Position numbers and translations under genes: made by a program. Below the pieces are notes generated by a model that was given only the letters and a program-made list of their open reading frames with translations, was not told the origin of the DNA and made no database searches. Shown in pieces: positions 12,673 to 64,000 of a stretch of DNA of 64,000 nt (positions are counted from its first letter, which is position 1; every line of letters begins with the position of its first letter). Origin of the DNA: Octopus sinensis (Eukaryota); the NCBI RefSeq assembly GCF_006345805.1, contig NC_043010.1:50344001-50408000 (forward strand), read 5' to 3'.

Positions 12673-14089
12673 AAATGTGTGTATATACACCTGTTTAAGT
12701 GTTGAGTAGATAAAGTTTAACACTGGAAAAATAAGAAATTATTTAAAGATAAAATCACAGGAATACAAGGAACCAAGAGAAATGATAAAAATATTCCAAA
12801 ATTGACAGGCACTTGCTATATAAAAATGTTTGTATTTTGTATATATGTAAATGTACATATGTGTGAATATACAAGTATTTAGGCATAAAAGAAGATAATC
12901 TATGAACGATTGGAAACCTCAGAAAAGTTTTTGAAAAAGAAAATAGAAGAAAAAATATAAAGAAACAAAAGAAAGAATGAAGATACAAAAATGGTCAAAT
13001 GAATTTTTTCAATTTGTGAAGAAAATAAAAATAAACCAAAAATTTCAGATTGAATCAAAGATTAAGTTCCCACAAAAATTAATCACATAAATCTCTGTTC
13101 TTTAACATTCATGTTTCCATATTTCCGCTGAAATACGCTGCCTTCATTTCAATAATTTTTAAAATGATGGAAAATTTAGTAAAATAACTGTCATTATTAA
13201 GATAGTATTTGAAACATGAATTAACATTATTATTATTATTATTATTATGGTAAGTTTTCCTTTGGTAGTTTAATGTAAGTTTCTTGTATACCGCTTCATG
13301 CATCTCTGCGGACCTGATGTATACGAAGCATTGTGTTGTTATTTTTATTGGGATTGGGGGAGCACAGACAACTCTTCTTGGTGTACTGCACCAGTTCGTT
13401 ATATGACAGGGTTTAGTTTTTTGCTTCTTGATATAATAGTATATGTTCTGTAGTGTGCAGAGTGTGTAACATGAGTTCAGTAACCTTATCGGGCCTTAGT
13501 CTTGTATAGTATACATTGTGTGAGTTGTGTTTTAGACTATTAAGCGTCTGTGAATGTTGCGCATGAAGACAGTTCTATTTGAGCTATTGCATTGAATCAT
13601 GTGCTATTCTATTGAACTGATAGTGCCTTGTGCTGTTCTTAATAACTTGCAAAAAGAATAAGAAAATATTAACCTTTTGTTATTCTAATTTCTTAACTTA
13701 ATTGTTTTAATTAACTAATAAATGAATAACAAGCAAAGAAATAAAAATGAAGAAAGGGATTCAGAAACAAAAGCATAGCACAAAGAATAAAAGAGAGATT
13801 CTTAAAATTTGTTGGGTTTTTTTTTTTCCTCTTCTTCAAATCAATAAATAATAGTAATTAACAAATAAATTAATAAATGGATAAAATATATATAAATATA
13901 TATAAAGAGCAAAAATACAATGGATGCAAGGCTATGGTTTTTCTGGTGGTGGTGGTGGTGGTGGTGAAGGTGGTGGAGGTGGTGGTGGTAGTAGTAGTAA
14001 TGGTGATGGGTGGGAATAATGTTGTTGTGTGCTGGTGAGGATAAGGTGAGATGGGGTAATGAGAAAAAAAAACTAAACACCCGGGCATG

Positions 14090-14121
14090 TCATACATATA
14101 TGATATATATATTATATATGT

Positions 14122-14153
<32 letters not shown>

Positions 14154-14442
14154 TATACACATATACATATATATAAATACAGATATATACATATATATGT
14201 ATGTATATATATACATATGTATGTATTATATATATGTATGTATATATTAAATGTATGTATATATATATATATGTATATATATAATATATATGTATGTATA
14301 TATATATGTATGTATATATATATATATATATTATGTAGTATATATATATATTATGTATGTATATATATATATATATATACATGTATGTATGTATGTATAT
14401 ATAATATATATATATATATATTATATATGTATGTATATGTAT

Positions 14443-14479
<37 letters not shown>

Positions 14480-14494
14480 GCATGTATATATATG

Positions 14495-14525
<31 letters not shown>

Positions 14526-14560
14526 GACAATATAATATATATATTATATATATGTATGTG
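14090..14560. repeat. Degenerate (TA)n microsatellite (others at 470-540, 1575-1870, 36420-36610 and elsewhere)
   Basis: Direct inspection. Confidence 0.97.
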
Positions 14561-14577
14561 TTCAAAAAACATATTAC

Positions 14578-14623
14578 TTTTTATAAAAAAACAGCTTCCG
14601 TTTAGTGCACTTCTCGATGGGTT
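14578..14623 (-). CDS. unc79: Candidate unc79 exon (E)[14 protein letters not shown]
   Basis: Branch point ACTAAC, then gccttgttttacAG; open in phase 1; donor GTAATA is weak, so the 3' edge is uncertain; no recognisable homology. Confidence 0.35.
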
Positions 14624-14759
14624 CTGTAAAACAAGGCGTTAGTGACAAGAATGTTTAAAGTGACAGTAGAGAGCATAGCACTCATTTATGGATTAACAGC
14701 TCAAGCTTAAAGAAACATGTAGCGCGTGACAGCGAAGATGAGGAGGAATGGAAAAGAAG

Positions 14760-15320
14760 AGAGGCAAAAAGCATTGAAAAGAAGACGAGGAGATGTGTAA
14801 GAAGAAGATGACAGTAGGAGAAGAGAAGGAAGAGGGGGGGAAGGAGGAGGAAGGGAAGAGTAGAAGAGGCAGAAAGACAGAGAGAAGAGGAGAGAGTGCA
14901 GAAGAGAGAAGAGAGAAGAGAAGAAGAAGAAGAGAAGAAAGAATGGAGAAGAAGAAGAAGAAAAGAAGAAGAAGAAGAGAGAAGAAAAAGATAGAGAAAG
15001 AGAGAAGGAGAAGAAGACAGGAGAAGAGAAAGAAGGAGAAGAACAGAAGAAACAAGAAGAAAAAAAGATAAGAAGGAGGAAGAAGAAAAAAAGAGAGAAG
15101 AGGAGAAGAGAGAAGAAGAAGAAGAAGAGAAGAAGGAGAAGAAGAAGAAGAAGAAGGAAAAGAAAGAAGAAGAAGAAGAAAGAAGAAGAGAGCGAAGAAG
15201 AAGAAAGAAAAGAAGAAGAAGAAGAAGAGAAGAAGAAGGAGAAGAAGAAGAAGAAGTAGAAGAAGAAAGTTAGAAGTGAAAAGTAAATTTAAAAAGAAAT
15301 GATACAAAATAAGAAGAAAA
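14760..15320. repeat. Polypurine (GAA/GA)n tract
   Basis: Direct inspection. Confidence 0.95.
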
Positions 15321-16039
15321 AGATAAAAACGAAAAGGAAAAACTGTGAGTAAGATTAAACTTTTTTTCTTTTTTAGTTTTCTCTTGTTTTGTTTTTGTTT
15401 AATTTCTTTTATTTTTTAAGGCAACAACTCGTGTGACATGTGCAAAAGACAAATGAAAATATCCAATTGTTAGTCTGAAAAATGCTGTTATGAATGTTGC
15501 AAAACTGGATACAAGCCATAAAAAACCTCAACAATGTTAGAGAGAAAAAAAATAATAAAAGAAAATGTATATATAAAAAAAAATCACAAAATTAAAAAAT
15601 GAATAAAACAATGAAATGGATAAGACTTAAGGGATGGGGTATTCAAGAGAAACAAGAACTACCCAACATGTTTTTGATGTGCCGAACAAGGAGCTTCTAG
15701 GATGTCACTGAACCTACTAAATATAATGGCCAAATCTTAGTCACATCGCACACCCTACCAACAGAAAAAAAGCAGGAGAAATAGAAAGAAAAATGTGTCT
15801 AGGAAAGTGGAGTTCTGTATACATTACAGTTTTAGAGATAAAAAAGAAAAAGAAAATAAAGCTGGATGATCACAGCAGCATGCCTTTGACCATAGGCCAG
15901 TTTGAGCTTGAAATGACCAGGAACTAAGAACATCCTCTCCCAGATCCTTCACCTCATTTCTCATCTTCTCAGTCTCTCAGCTATTTTACATATACTTCCT
16001 TGCTTAACTGCTTTTTATATTTGGATATTATATACTAGG

Positions 16040-16210
16040 TAGGAGGCATTTTATTTGAATATTATATATTACAGGTATAAACTTGAACTTGTAATCTGGA
16101 TAGAGTAACTGCAGATTTCTCAATAGTTCAGTGTAGGTATTCACTTTTTCACCAATCTTAAGCTTTATATTAACCTCCGCTGGACAGCTGATTTCCACAG
16201 CTGTACACAA
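16040..16210 (-). mobile_element. R4/Dong-like LINE REL-endonuclease remnant
   Basis: VEISCPAEVNIKLKIGEKVNTYTELLRNLQLLYPDYKFKFIP. Confidence 0.75.
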
Positions 16211-19200
16211 TTTCTCTCTCCTATCTTAAATCATTATATTAGGTTTATTTTGTTTACATTTTCTTGAGGTTTTCGCTAGGACATTCCACTAGTACTCCTT
16301 TTTATTATGAGTGGCTATGGCTTCCACCTTACTGTGGATTCTTATTTCTTTATCTTTGGGGTTATCCTTTCAATGGATCTTGTTATACAGTGTCCCAGCT
16401 ATAATATCATGTCTGTCTGTATGTATGTACTTATGTACATACGTATATATGTATGTGTATATGTATACATACATACCAACTCCAAAGTTGAACTATTTCC
16501 CCCTTTTGAAGAGTGTCCAAGCATTTGCACCTACCAAAACATTTCATAGCCAATTCATGTATTTGATGGAGCTAAAAAACTTTTTTTTATTTGTCTGCCT
16601 CTCTCTCTCTCCCCCTCCTCTCCCTCTCAGTATGTATGTACAATCACAAACAATCGCAATGTATGCATGCATACATACATACATACATACATACATACAT
16701 ACATAGCTATACTGTACCATGCTTTACATGTATCTCATCACACACAATCCAGTTTGATATTCCTTCCTGATCTTTATGTGCCTTAAGCAGAGCTCCCTCT
16801 GTTGCAAGCATCAAGAGCCACAGTTTCTTATCAACAAATGCTATTTTTCACAATGTTTAAACTGGACATCAGCCACAAGAATCTCTCCAGCCTTGGAAAG
16901 CAGATGATGCAAATGCTATAGTTATGGTCTCACCTCCTGTTACTACTCACAAATTGTTGCAAATGAAGCAAAAGGCTTACTTTAACATCAAAATTTTATC
17001 TAAGGGTAAACACTTGTGTGCTGAGCGAGTACTGCTGTATTCCGTCTCAGAATGTGAAGCAGCTCTGTAGGTGTTTTGGCCTTTTCTGCCAAGACACCAG
17101 AGCTGTCTGGGGCCACACGCCGATGTGGGTGATGAAACTCCAGCAAAACAGTACAAGCTTTATTGAGTCAAATGATACGACTTTGGGCTAGGTGTTCCTA
17201 CCATTCCCAATGCTTATTCTTGCCGCACCACTTCTTGAGCCAGATGTAAAGGTTTGCTCTCTCAGTGGCATCTGACAATTAATTAGATCAGTTTGTATTT
17301 CATGCTAGTTTCAACTACTTAACCAGTCATATACAAGCAACACTATATATTTCCTCAATCTCCACTATTATGAATCAATTAACCCTTTCACTGTGAAATT
17401 AAATTTCATGGGTATTCCAGTAACGATGTTAACTATTTGCCAAAAACAGAACTAGTTTTTTCTGCAAATATTTTTTGCCTCACTAAACTCGACATATCTC
17501 AACAGAAAATACTCCCAAATATGATATTTCTCAATGAAAGATAGGTTGGTATATTAAACAGCTTACAGAAGATAAGAGTAAAGAAATTTTGTGTGGACAT
17601 ATATGATTTCTAAAGTTAAAGGGTTAAAGAACCTCTACACAGTAAATCTTCTTGTTTGTGTAGTGGGAATATACAGTAATTACTGGATGTCAAAATTTGC
17701 TAGAATATTACCCACATGATAAAGAAGTTTATCCAATCAGAACTGGCTCCAGCAATGATTCTGTCATTTTGTACCTTTCTCTCTGAGCCTATCCAGCACT
17801 ATAAAGTCAGCATGCCAGGACTTCTTGAGAGAGAGCATTGAGAGAAAGCACAGAGAGATGACTAGGAGACAGCCCACACAGATGTGGACAGCTGCTGCCC
17901 CAAGCTGACAGCAGCTGAACAATGATGACAACAGCACAATGACCTACTGATAACTTTTGATTGTTGCTACAATTACACCAAGAACAATAATATTCAAACT
18001 CTCTCAATGTTTTGTCATTCATAGTAATGAAGTAAAGACAGTATTTGTTTTTTGTTTATAGGAAGAATAAAAGTTTTGTTTATCAAAAAATCAAAATAGA
18101 TCTCCTTCTTCTTTGTACACTGGAGAAAGGAAACACATCTGCCAATCAAAAACCTGCCAACTTGAAAAATAAAAAACAAAAACAAAAAAAAAAAGGAACT
18201 TTATGCTGAAGTAGTCTTAAATATACAAAACATCAGAATGATCATGGTAGGAATGGCCCCTCTCTGAACCTAGGTTTGCTCAAACAAAGGTACTGTGAGG
18301 CTAAACTACAAGAACTTTGGTGAATTTTGAAAGATCTTAAATTCTATAATTGTTTCCTTTCGGCAACAAACTTTACCACTAAACCACAACCAAAAACAAA
18401 GATTATAAAAAATTCAAGTCATTAAACTAACAAAGAAATAACAAACTAAGCAAACATGAAAAAGGAGAGAAAAAAAAACACTACAAAAACAGAAATAGCT
18501 AATTAAGAATGACTATTAAAATAAATACCTAAAGCTTGATAAAACAGAACTTCAGCACATCAATACATAAAGCTACAAACTCGGAGAAGATGACAAGCTG
18601 ATGGCATTTCTAAAGACATTATTGCTCAACATACATATATACATGTGTGTGTGTGTGTGTGTGTGTGCATGTGTGCGTGAATGTGTGTGTGTGTGTGTGT
18701 GTATGAGATAAAAGCAGCTCTACTATAATAGATATTATTAACTACATATACTTAATGCATATGCTTTGTATATTTTCTAGTGGCTGAAATAGCATGGTTG
18801 TTGTTTTTTCCTTCTCGAGCTATGCCTGGCCCATAAGGGCCAGTTTCCCGGTTTCCTTGGCATATAGGTTCCCCACCTGGACGGGATGCCGGTCCATCGC
18901 AGGTGAGCTGTAAGATGCAGGAGGAAAGAGCGAGAGAAAGTTGTGGCGAAAGAGTCAGCAGAAGTTCACCATTACCTTCTGCTGGAGCAACGTGGAGCTT
19001 AGGTGTTTCGCTCATAAACACACACATCACCTGGTCTGAGATTTGAACCTGTGATCCCTTGACCAAGAGTCTGCTACTCTAACCAGTAGGCGATGTGCTT
19101 CCTCAAAATAGCATGGTGGAATATATACACTCTCAAAGCACCAGTGCCTTGAAACTGTTTATACTCCACTGCACAATTGATTGCAGCCACTGGAAAATAC

Positions 19201-19899
19201 ATGAAGTATATACATTAAGTATATGTAGTTAATAATATTTGTTTTATATATATATATATATGTGTGTGTGTAAATGTAATATGTGACAATTATTCGGTAC
19301 CCATGACAAAACTCCGAGTTTCGGATGCCAAGGTGGAAATCCACGCCGCCATCTCTTCAGTTCTGATGGCCGGATAACTGAAGAAATGGTGTGGATTTCG
19401 ATCTCGGCATCCGAAACTCGGAGTTTTGTCATGGCTACCGAATAATTCTCACATATTACATTTACAGATAAACTTCTCTATTTACATAATATCGAGGTCT
19501 CTTTCATTCTTTTGTTGTCTTACCATTTTTAGCAATATATATATATATATACATACAGTACTGGAAACATTATTATGGATTTTTAGAAAACACTATATAT
19601 CTTGCTTGTTTGGTTATTTAAATGAGACAAATAAGTTTAAATTATATTAACCATGCATGGGCTACAAATCATATTGCATGGGCTGCTGAGTAATGGGAGC
19701 AGGTAAGACTATCTAAAATAGTGGATTAGAGTCTTTATGTATTGTATCTATGATAAAATATGATATTATTGATAAAATAAGGTGTTACCATTGATTTCAG
19801 TCATCAAACCAGTTTTATAAAGGATTACTTAAAAATAGCTATTAATTTCTGACTGCCATGCACTGAAACAATGACTTATTCTGGATGTCCTATTAATCA

Positions 19900-20720
19900 A
19901 ATATGGTTTTCAATTGTTGCAGGTGATGTTTGCAGATGAATTCACCATAGTAGTGTTCATTGATCGGGTGCAAAGTGTGAGAAGGAGGCTTGGTGAGGAA
20001 TTTCGTCCAGATTGTCTTTGAAAAACACTAAAATTCCCACAGAAGATTATGGTTTGGAGGACAATTTCTACCCATGGAGCTAGTTACCTGAAAATAATTG
20101 AAGGTTCTATGAACCAAGAGAATTACATAGAGGTACTTAGAAGTAGGTGGAGGTGCGTGGCTTAGTGGTTACGGTGTCAGCATCATAATCGTAAGATTGT
20201 GATTTCGATTCCTGGACCGGGTGACGCTTTGTGTTCTTGAGTAAAACACTTCATTTCGCGTTGCTCCAGTCCACTCAGCTGGCAAAAATGAGTAATGCTG
20301 CGATGGACTGGCATCCCGTCCAGCTGGAGAACACATACACCATAGAAACTGGGAAACCGGGCCCATGAGCCTGGCTAGGCTTTAAAAGGGCACACTTATT
20401 TACTTAGAAGTAGACTAAAACCACAAGTATGGGAATGGTATGAAGACAGGCCTTGGATATTCCAACAGGACTCAGAACCATGTCATACAGCAAAATTGGT
20501 AAAGACCTGGTTCGCCAAAAATGCTGTTAACGTACTACCACGGCTAGGAAATTCACCTGACATGAATCCAATTGAGAGCCTATAATGCCTGTTGAAAGAT
20601 GAAACACAACAATCTCCTATTACAACCAAATGCTTTCTTACAGAATCAAGGATTTGTGCAGAATACTAGTTCATGGCATGCCTTGACGTGTACAAACCCT
20701 TAATTCTGCAAAAGGAAGGC
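19900..20720 (+). mobile_element. Decayed Tc1-type (DD34E) transposase, interrupted by a SINE
   Basis: VMFADE..KIMVW..MNQENYIEVLRSR/LKPQV..IFQQDSEPCHTAK..NSPDMNPIES, with stops. Confidence 0.88.
20147..20400 (+). mobile_element. tRNA-derived SINE (family S3), full-length with a 13-bp TSD
   Basis: A box TGGCTTAGTGG, B box TTCGATTCC; TACTTAGAAGTAG at 20134-20146 and 20401-20413; other copies at ~5020-5275, 53410-53605 and 58450-58590. Confidence 0.92.
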
Positions 20721-20985
20721 AAACTGACTAATGAAATACTAGTTCTGAGTAAATAATAGGAAATGAATCATCTGCCAATACATAAATTTAGTTTATATAG
20801 AAATACCCAAAATTTCAAAAATCCATAATAATGTTTCCGGTATTTATTTTATTTTATTTTATTTAGTTTCAGCTCACGAGCTGTGGCCATGCTGTGGCAC
20901 CGCCATTTGGTGTTGCTACATGATTTACTTCACGAATGCTTTTTAGCATATATATATACATATATACACTTCAATCTGTGTTTTT

Positions 20986-21019
<34 letters not shown>

Positions 21020-21037
21020 CATGTGTGTGTATGTATG

Positions 21038-21068
<31 letters not shown>

Positions 21069-21233
21069 ATGCATGTATATAAGTGTGTGTGTGTTTGTGT
21101 ATGTATATAAATTTATATATATGTATGTATGTATGTTATACATGCATCTAAGTTTCTTTTCAGAAAATTACAACTTTAAACAAAAAAAAAAAAATAAGCA
21201 GCAAAAAGTTTTGTTCAGTACTGATATACTGAC

Positions 21234-61223
<39,990 letters not shown>

Positions 61224-61824
61224 TTTGAAGTTTGGCAACAGTGCAACAGTTCCACGGTGTTAAAGCTGTGCTGTATCTCAAGAAGTCGGCATCATTTGTT
61301 TCCTATTAGTACCAGGAAGTATTTTGCGTAGTCTACAAAACAGACTGTTTGAAGAAAAGTTTGGTATCCAGGCTTGAAAAACGTAATCCATCTTGTTATG
61401 GTTACCGTGAAGAAATCTGTATCTTTTCTAACGTTTTCCCCTCTTCCTTTTTCTGCTTTTTTTAAAAAAAATACTTTGAAAAAAAAAAAAAACTTCCTGG
61501 TTAGATATTTGGAATTTTAACCTCCAAAATGAATATCTGATTAGGTTATATCTACAGGAAAGACACCAAAACGAATGATACTAGAAACCAAAGCAGATTC
61601 GACTGGCAGCACCGTTTCTACGCTTCTGACCAATTACCGACCTATATTATTATACGTGAGTGCTTGATGTGTTTGTGTATATGTCTTCGGATTTGGTCGG
61701 TGCTGAATGCATTGCAATATAGAATAAGTAGACTTACGCGCGCATACACACACACGCGCACACACACACACACACACTGATATATGGATGGACGGGCAGA
61801 TGAGCGGATGCATGCATGAATAAT

Positions 61825-61902
<78 letters not shown>

Positions 61903-61979
61903 GCTGTGTTTATGTGTATACGCACACACGAATGAGTGGACAAAAGAAAGAAAAGTGCACTCAACACACACACACACAG

Positions 61980-62045
<66 letters not shown>

Positions 62046-62106
62046 GCTGTGTTTATGTGTATACGCACACACGAATGAGTGGACAAACGAAAGAAAAGTG
62101 CACTCA

Positions 62107-62183
<77 letters not shown>

Positions 62184-62782
62184 TTGCGTACATAAGTTAT
62201 AAAGTGACTGATACAAGTCACTTCGTAACATTTGACAAATGTGTGTATACATACATACATACATACATGCATACATATATACTAACATCTGTGTGTGTAT
62301 GCACGTATATTCTTTTATTCTTTTGTTTCAGTCATTTAACTTCGGCCATGCTGGAGCACTGCCTTTAGTCGAGCAAATCGACCCTAGGACTTATTTTTTG
62401 TAAGCCTAGTACTTATTCTATTGGTATCTTTTTGCCGAACCACTAAGTAATGGGGACGTAAACACACCAGCATCGGTTGTCCAGCGATGTTGGGGTGAGA
62501 AGCACAGATACGCATACACATGCACACACACACATACACACACACACGCACATATACATGTATACGACAGGCTTCTTTCAGTTTCCGTCAACCAAATCCA
62601 CTCCCAAGGTTTTGGTCAGCCCGAGGCTATAGTAGAAGACACTTGCCCAAGGTGCCACGCAGTGGGACTGAACCTGGAACCATGTGGTTGGTAAGCAAGC
62701 AACTTACCACACAGCCACCCCTACGCTTATACTTAGGATTATTTTCATGTTTTGAATTCTTTTTTCCTATTTTTATTGCTAA

Positions 62783-62897
<115 letters not shown>

Positions 62898-63451
62898 TCG
62901 TGTCCGACCAGGCTATCAGATGTTGCTTCGCATTGTTTTCAGCCTTCAAATGACGCCACCCCACTGGCTAAGCGAGCTGGCCTGTAGAAGAAAGAGTGAG
63001 AGAATGTTGTAGCGAAAGAGTACAGCAGGGATCGGCACCACCCCCTGCCGGAGCCTCGTGGAGCTTTAGGTGTTTTCGCTCAATAAACACACACAACGCC
63101 CGGTCTGGGAATCGAAACCGCGATCCTACAACCGCGAGTCCGCTGTCCTAACCATTGCTCTTCCACACACACAAAAGCCCACGTAATTTTAATATATTCT
63201 CCCAAAACGTCTGAGGAACTTGCACAAAGTAGATGTAGGGTTTTTAAATCAAAGCGGACCTCTTCCTGCCGAGAGTCCCAGATGAGCCTACCTCACGGCA
63301 AGAGGTGCGAATGAGAGTAGCTATATCAAACTCCATTTTTCATCAAGTGCCACATATTAGAGGAGGCTCCTAGTTATAACAGTGTAGCGCAAAACGGCGG
63401 TGCATCAGCATGGTCGCAGCTCTGAGCTGAAATAAAATATATATATATATA

Positions 63452-63490
<39 letters not shown>

Positions 63491-64000
63491 ATATATATAT
63501 ATATTTAGTATAATTGGTGATCTAAACGAAGAGATACGCTGGGTAAGTGCTGTAACGGATTTTAAGGGTTCCAAGCTCGTAATTAAGACGGGAGCTATGG
63601 ATCCATTATAGGTTTCCGATTTAGCAGATATATATATTTGTGAAAGGACAACAAACACCGAGGCATAACAAGCATCTCAAGTCATATACATTATTTCATA
63701 TTATTCTTAAATTAGATGTGGCCTTACAGCTGTTTCTTGGATATCCCAAGTGATAAGCGAGTATGCCTGAATATGGGGTATTCCATCATTAGAGACAAGT
63801 ACCGAACATATGAAAGATCTAGACACGGAAATATTCAGATAAAAGATCTAGTCATGGAAAATTCGCTTACTATCTGCGAATTTTCCATGTTTAGATATTT
63901 TATCTGAATATTTCCGTGTCTAGATCTTTCATATGTTCTCTACCTGTCTCTGATGACGGAGTACCCCAGGCGCGGGAGTAGCTGTGTGGTAAGTAGCTTG

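Noticed and set aside
15419-15475. Plus-strand acceptor followed by NNSCDMCKRQMKISNC*, a possible nested gene exon
   Set aside because: Isolated; no partner exons or start found on the plus strand.
16700-17960. GC-richer unique-looking blocks (16700-17340, 17760-17960; also 31865-32150) with TATA/AATAAA-like words, possibly LTR or LINE remnants
   Set aside because: All frames are interrupted and I recognise no domain or paired LTR; left unassigned pending a repeat-library search.
61885-62130. Direct ~140-bp duplication upstream of the start exon; similar SINE-head duplication at 5200-5420
   Set aside because: Bounded by microsatellites and readily explained by slippage or unequal exchange; no functional signal.

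Overview
AT-rich, microsatellite- and SINE-dense animal DNA. The repeat families look like those of Octopus (coleoid cephalopod); this is recognition, not proof. One gene is supported: the 5' part of unc-79/UNC79, an auxiliary subunit of the NALCN sodium-leak channel complex, on the minus strand. I traced 25 coding exons by hand, from a 22-nt start exon (ATG at 61223) down to 21234, about 1,150 codons. All junctions are GT-AG and phase-consistent except one: exon 23 is one base short. The gene continues past position 1, and only candidate micro-exons are visible in 1-21233. The introns hold tRNA-derived SINEs, CR1-, RTE- and R4/Dong-like LINE fragments, Tc1/mariner/pogo remnants and many fold-back elements. 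Highlights: (1) a 6 x 65-bp tandem repeat that duplicates the exon-20 splice acceptor, with an in-frame stop in every extra copy; (2) about 15 Penelope-type minimal hammerhead ribozyme motifs in at least five sequence families, one with a G3-C8 compensatory core and one near-intact copy sense to the unc79 pre-mRNA; (3) the apparent frameshift; (4) several long dsRNA-forming inverted repeats beside exons. Almost all ORF-track entries are microsatellite or repeat artefacts. TE boundaries are approximate unless a target-site duplication (TSD) or terminal inverted repeat (TIR) is cited.
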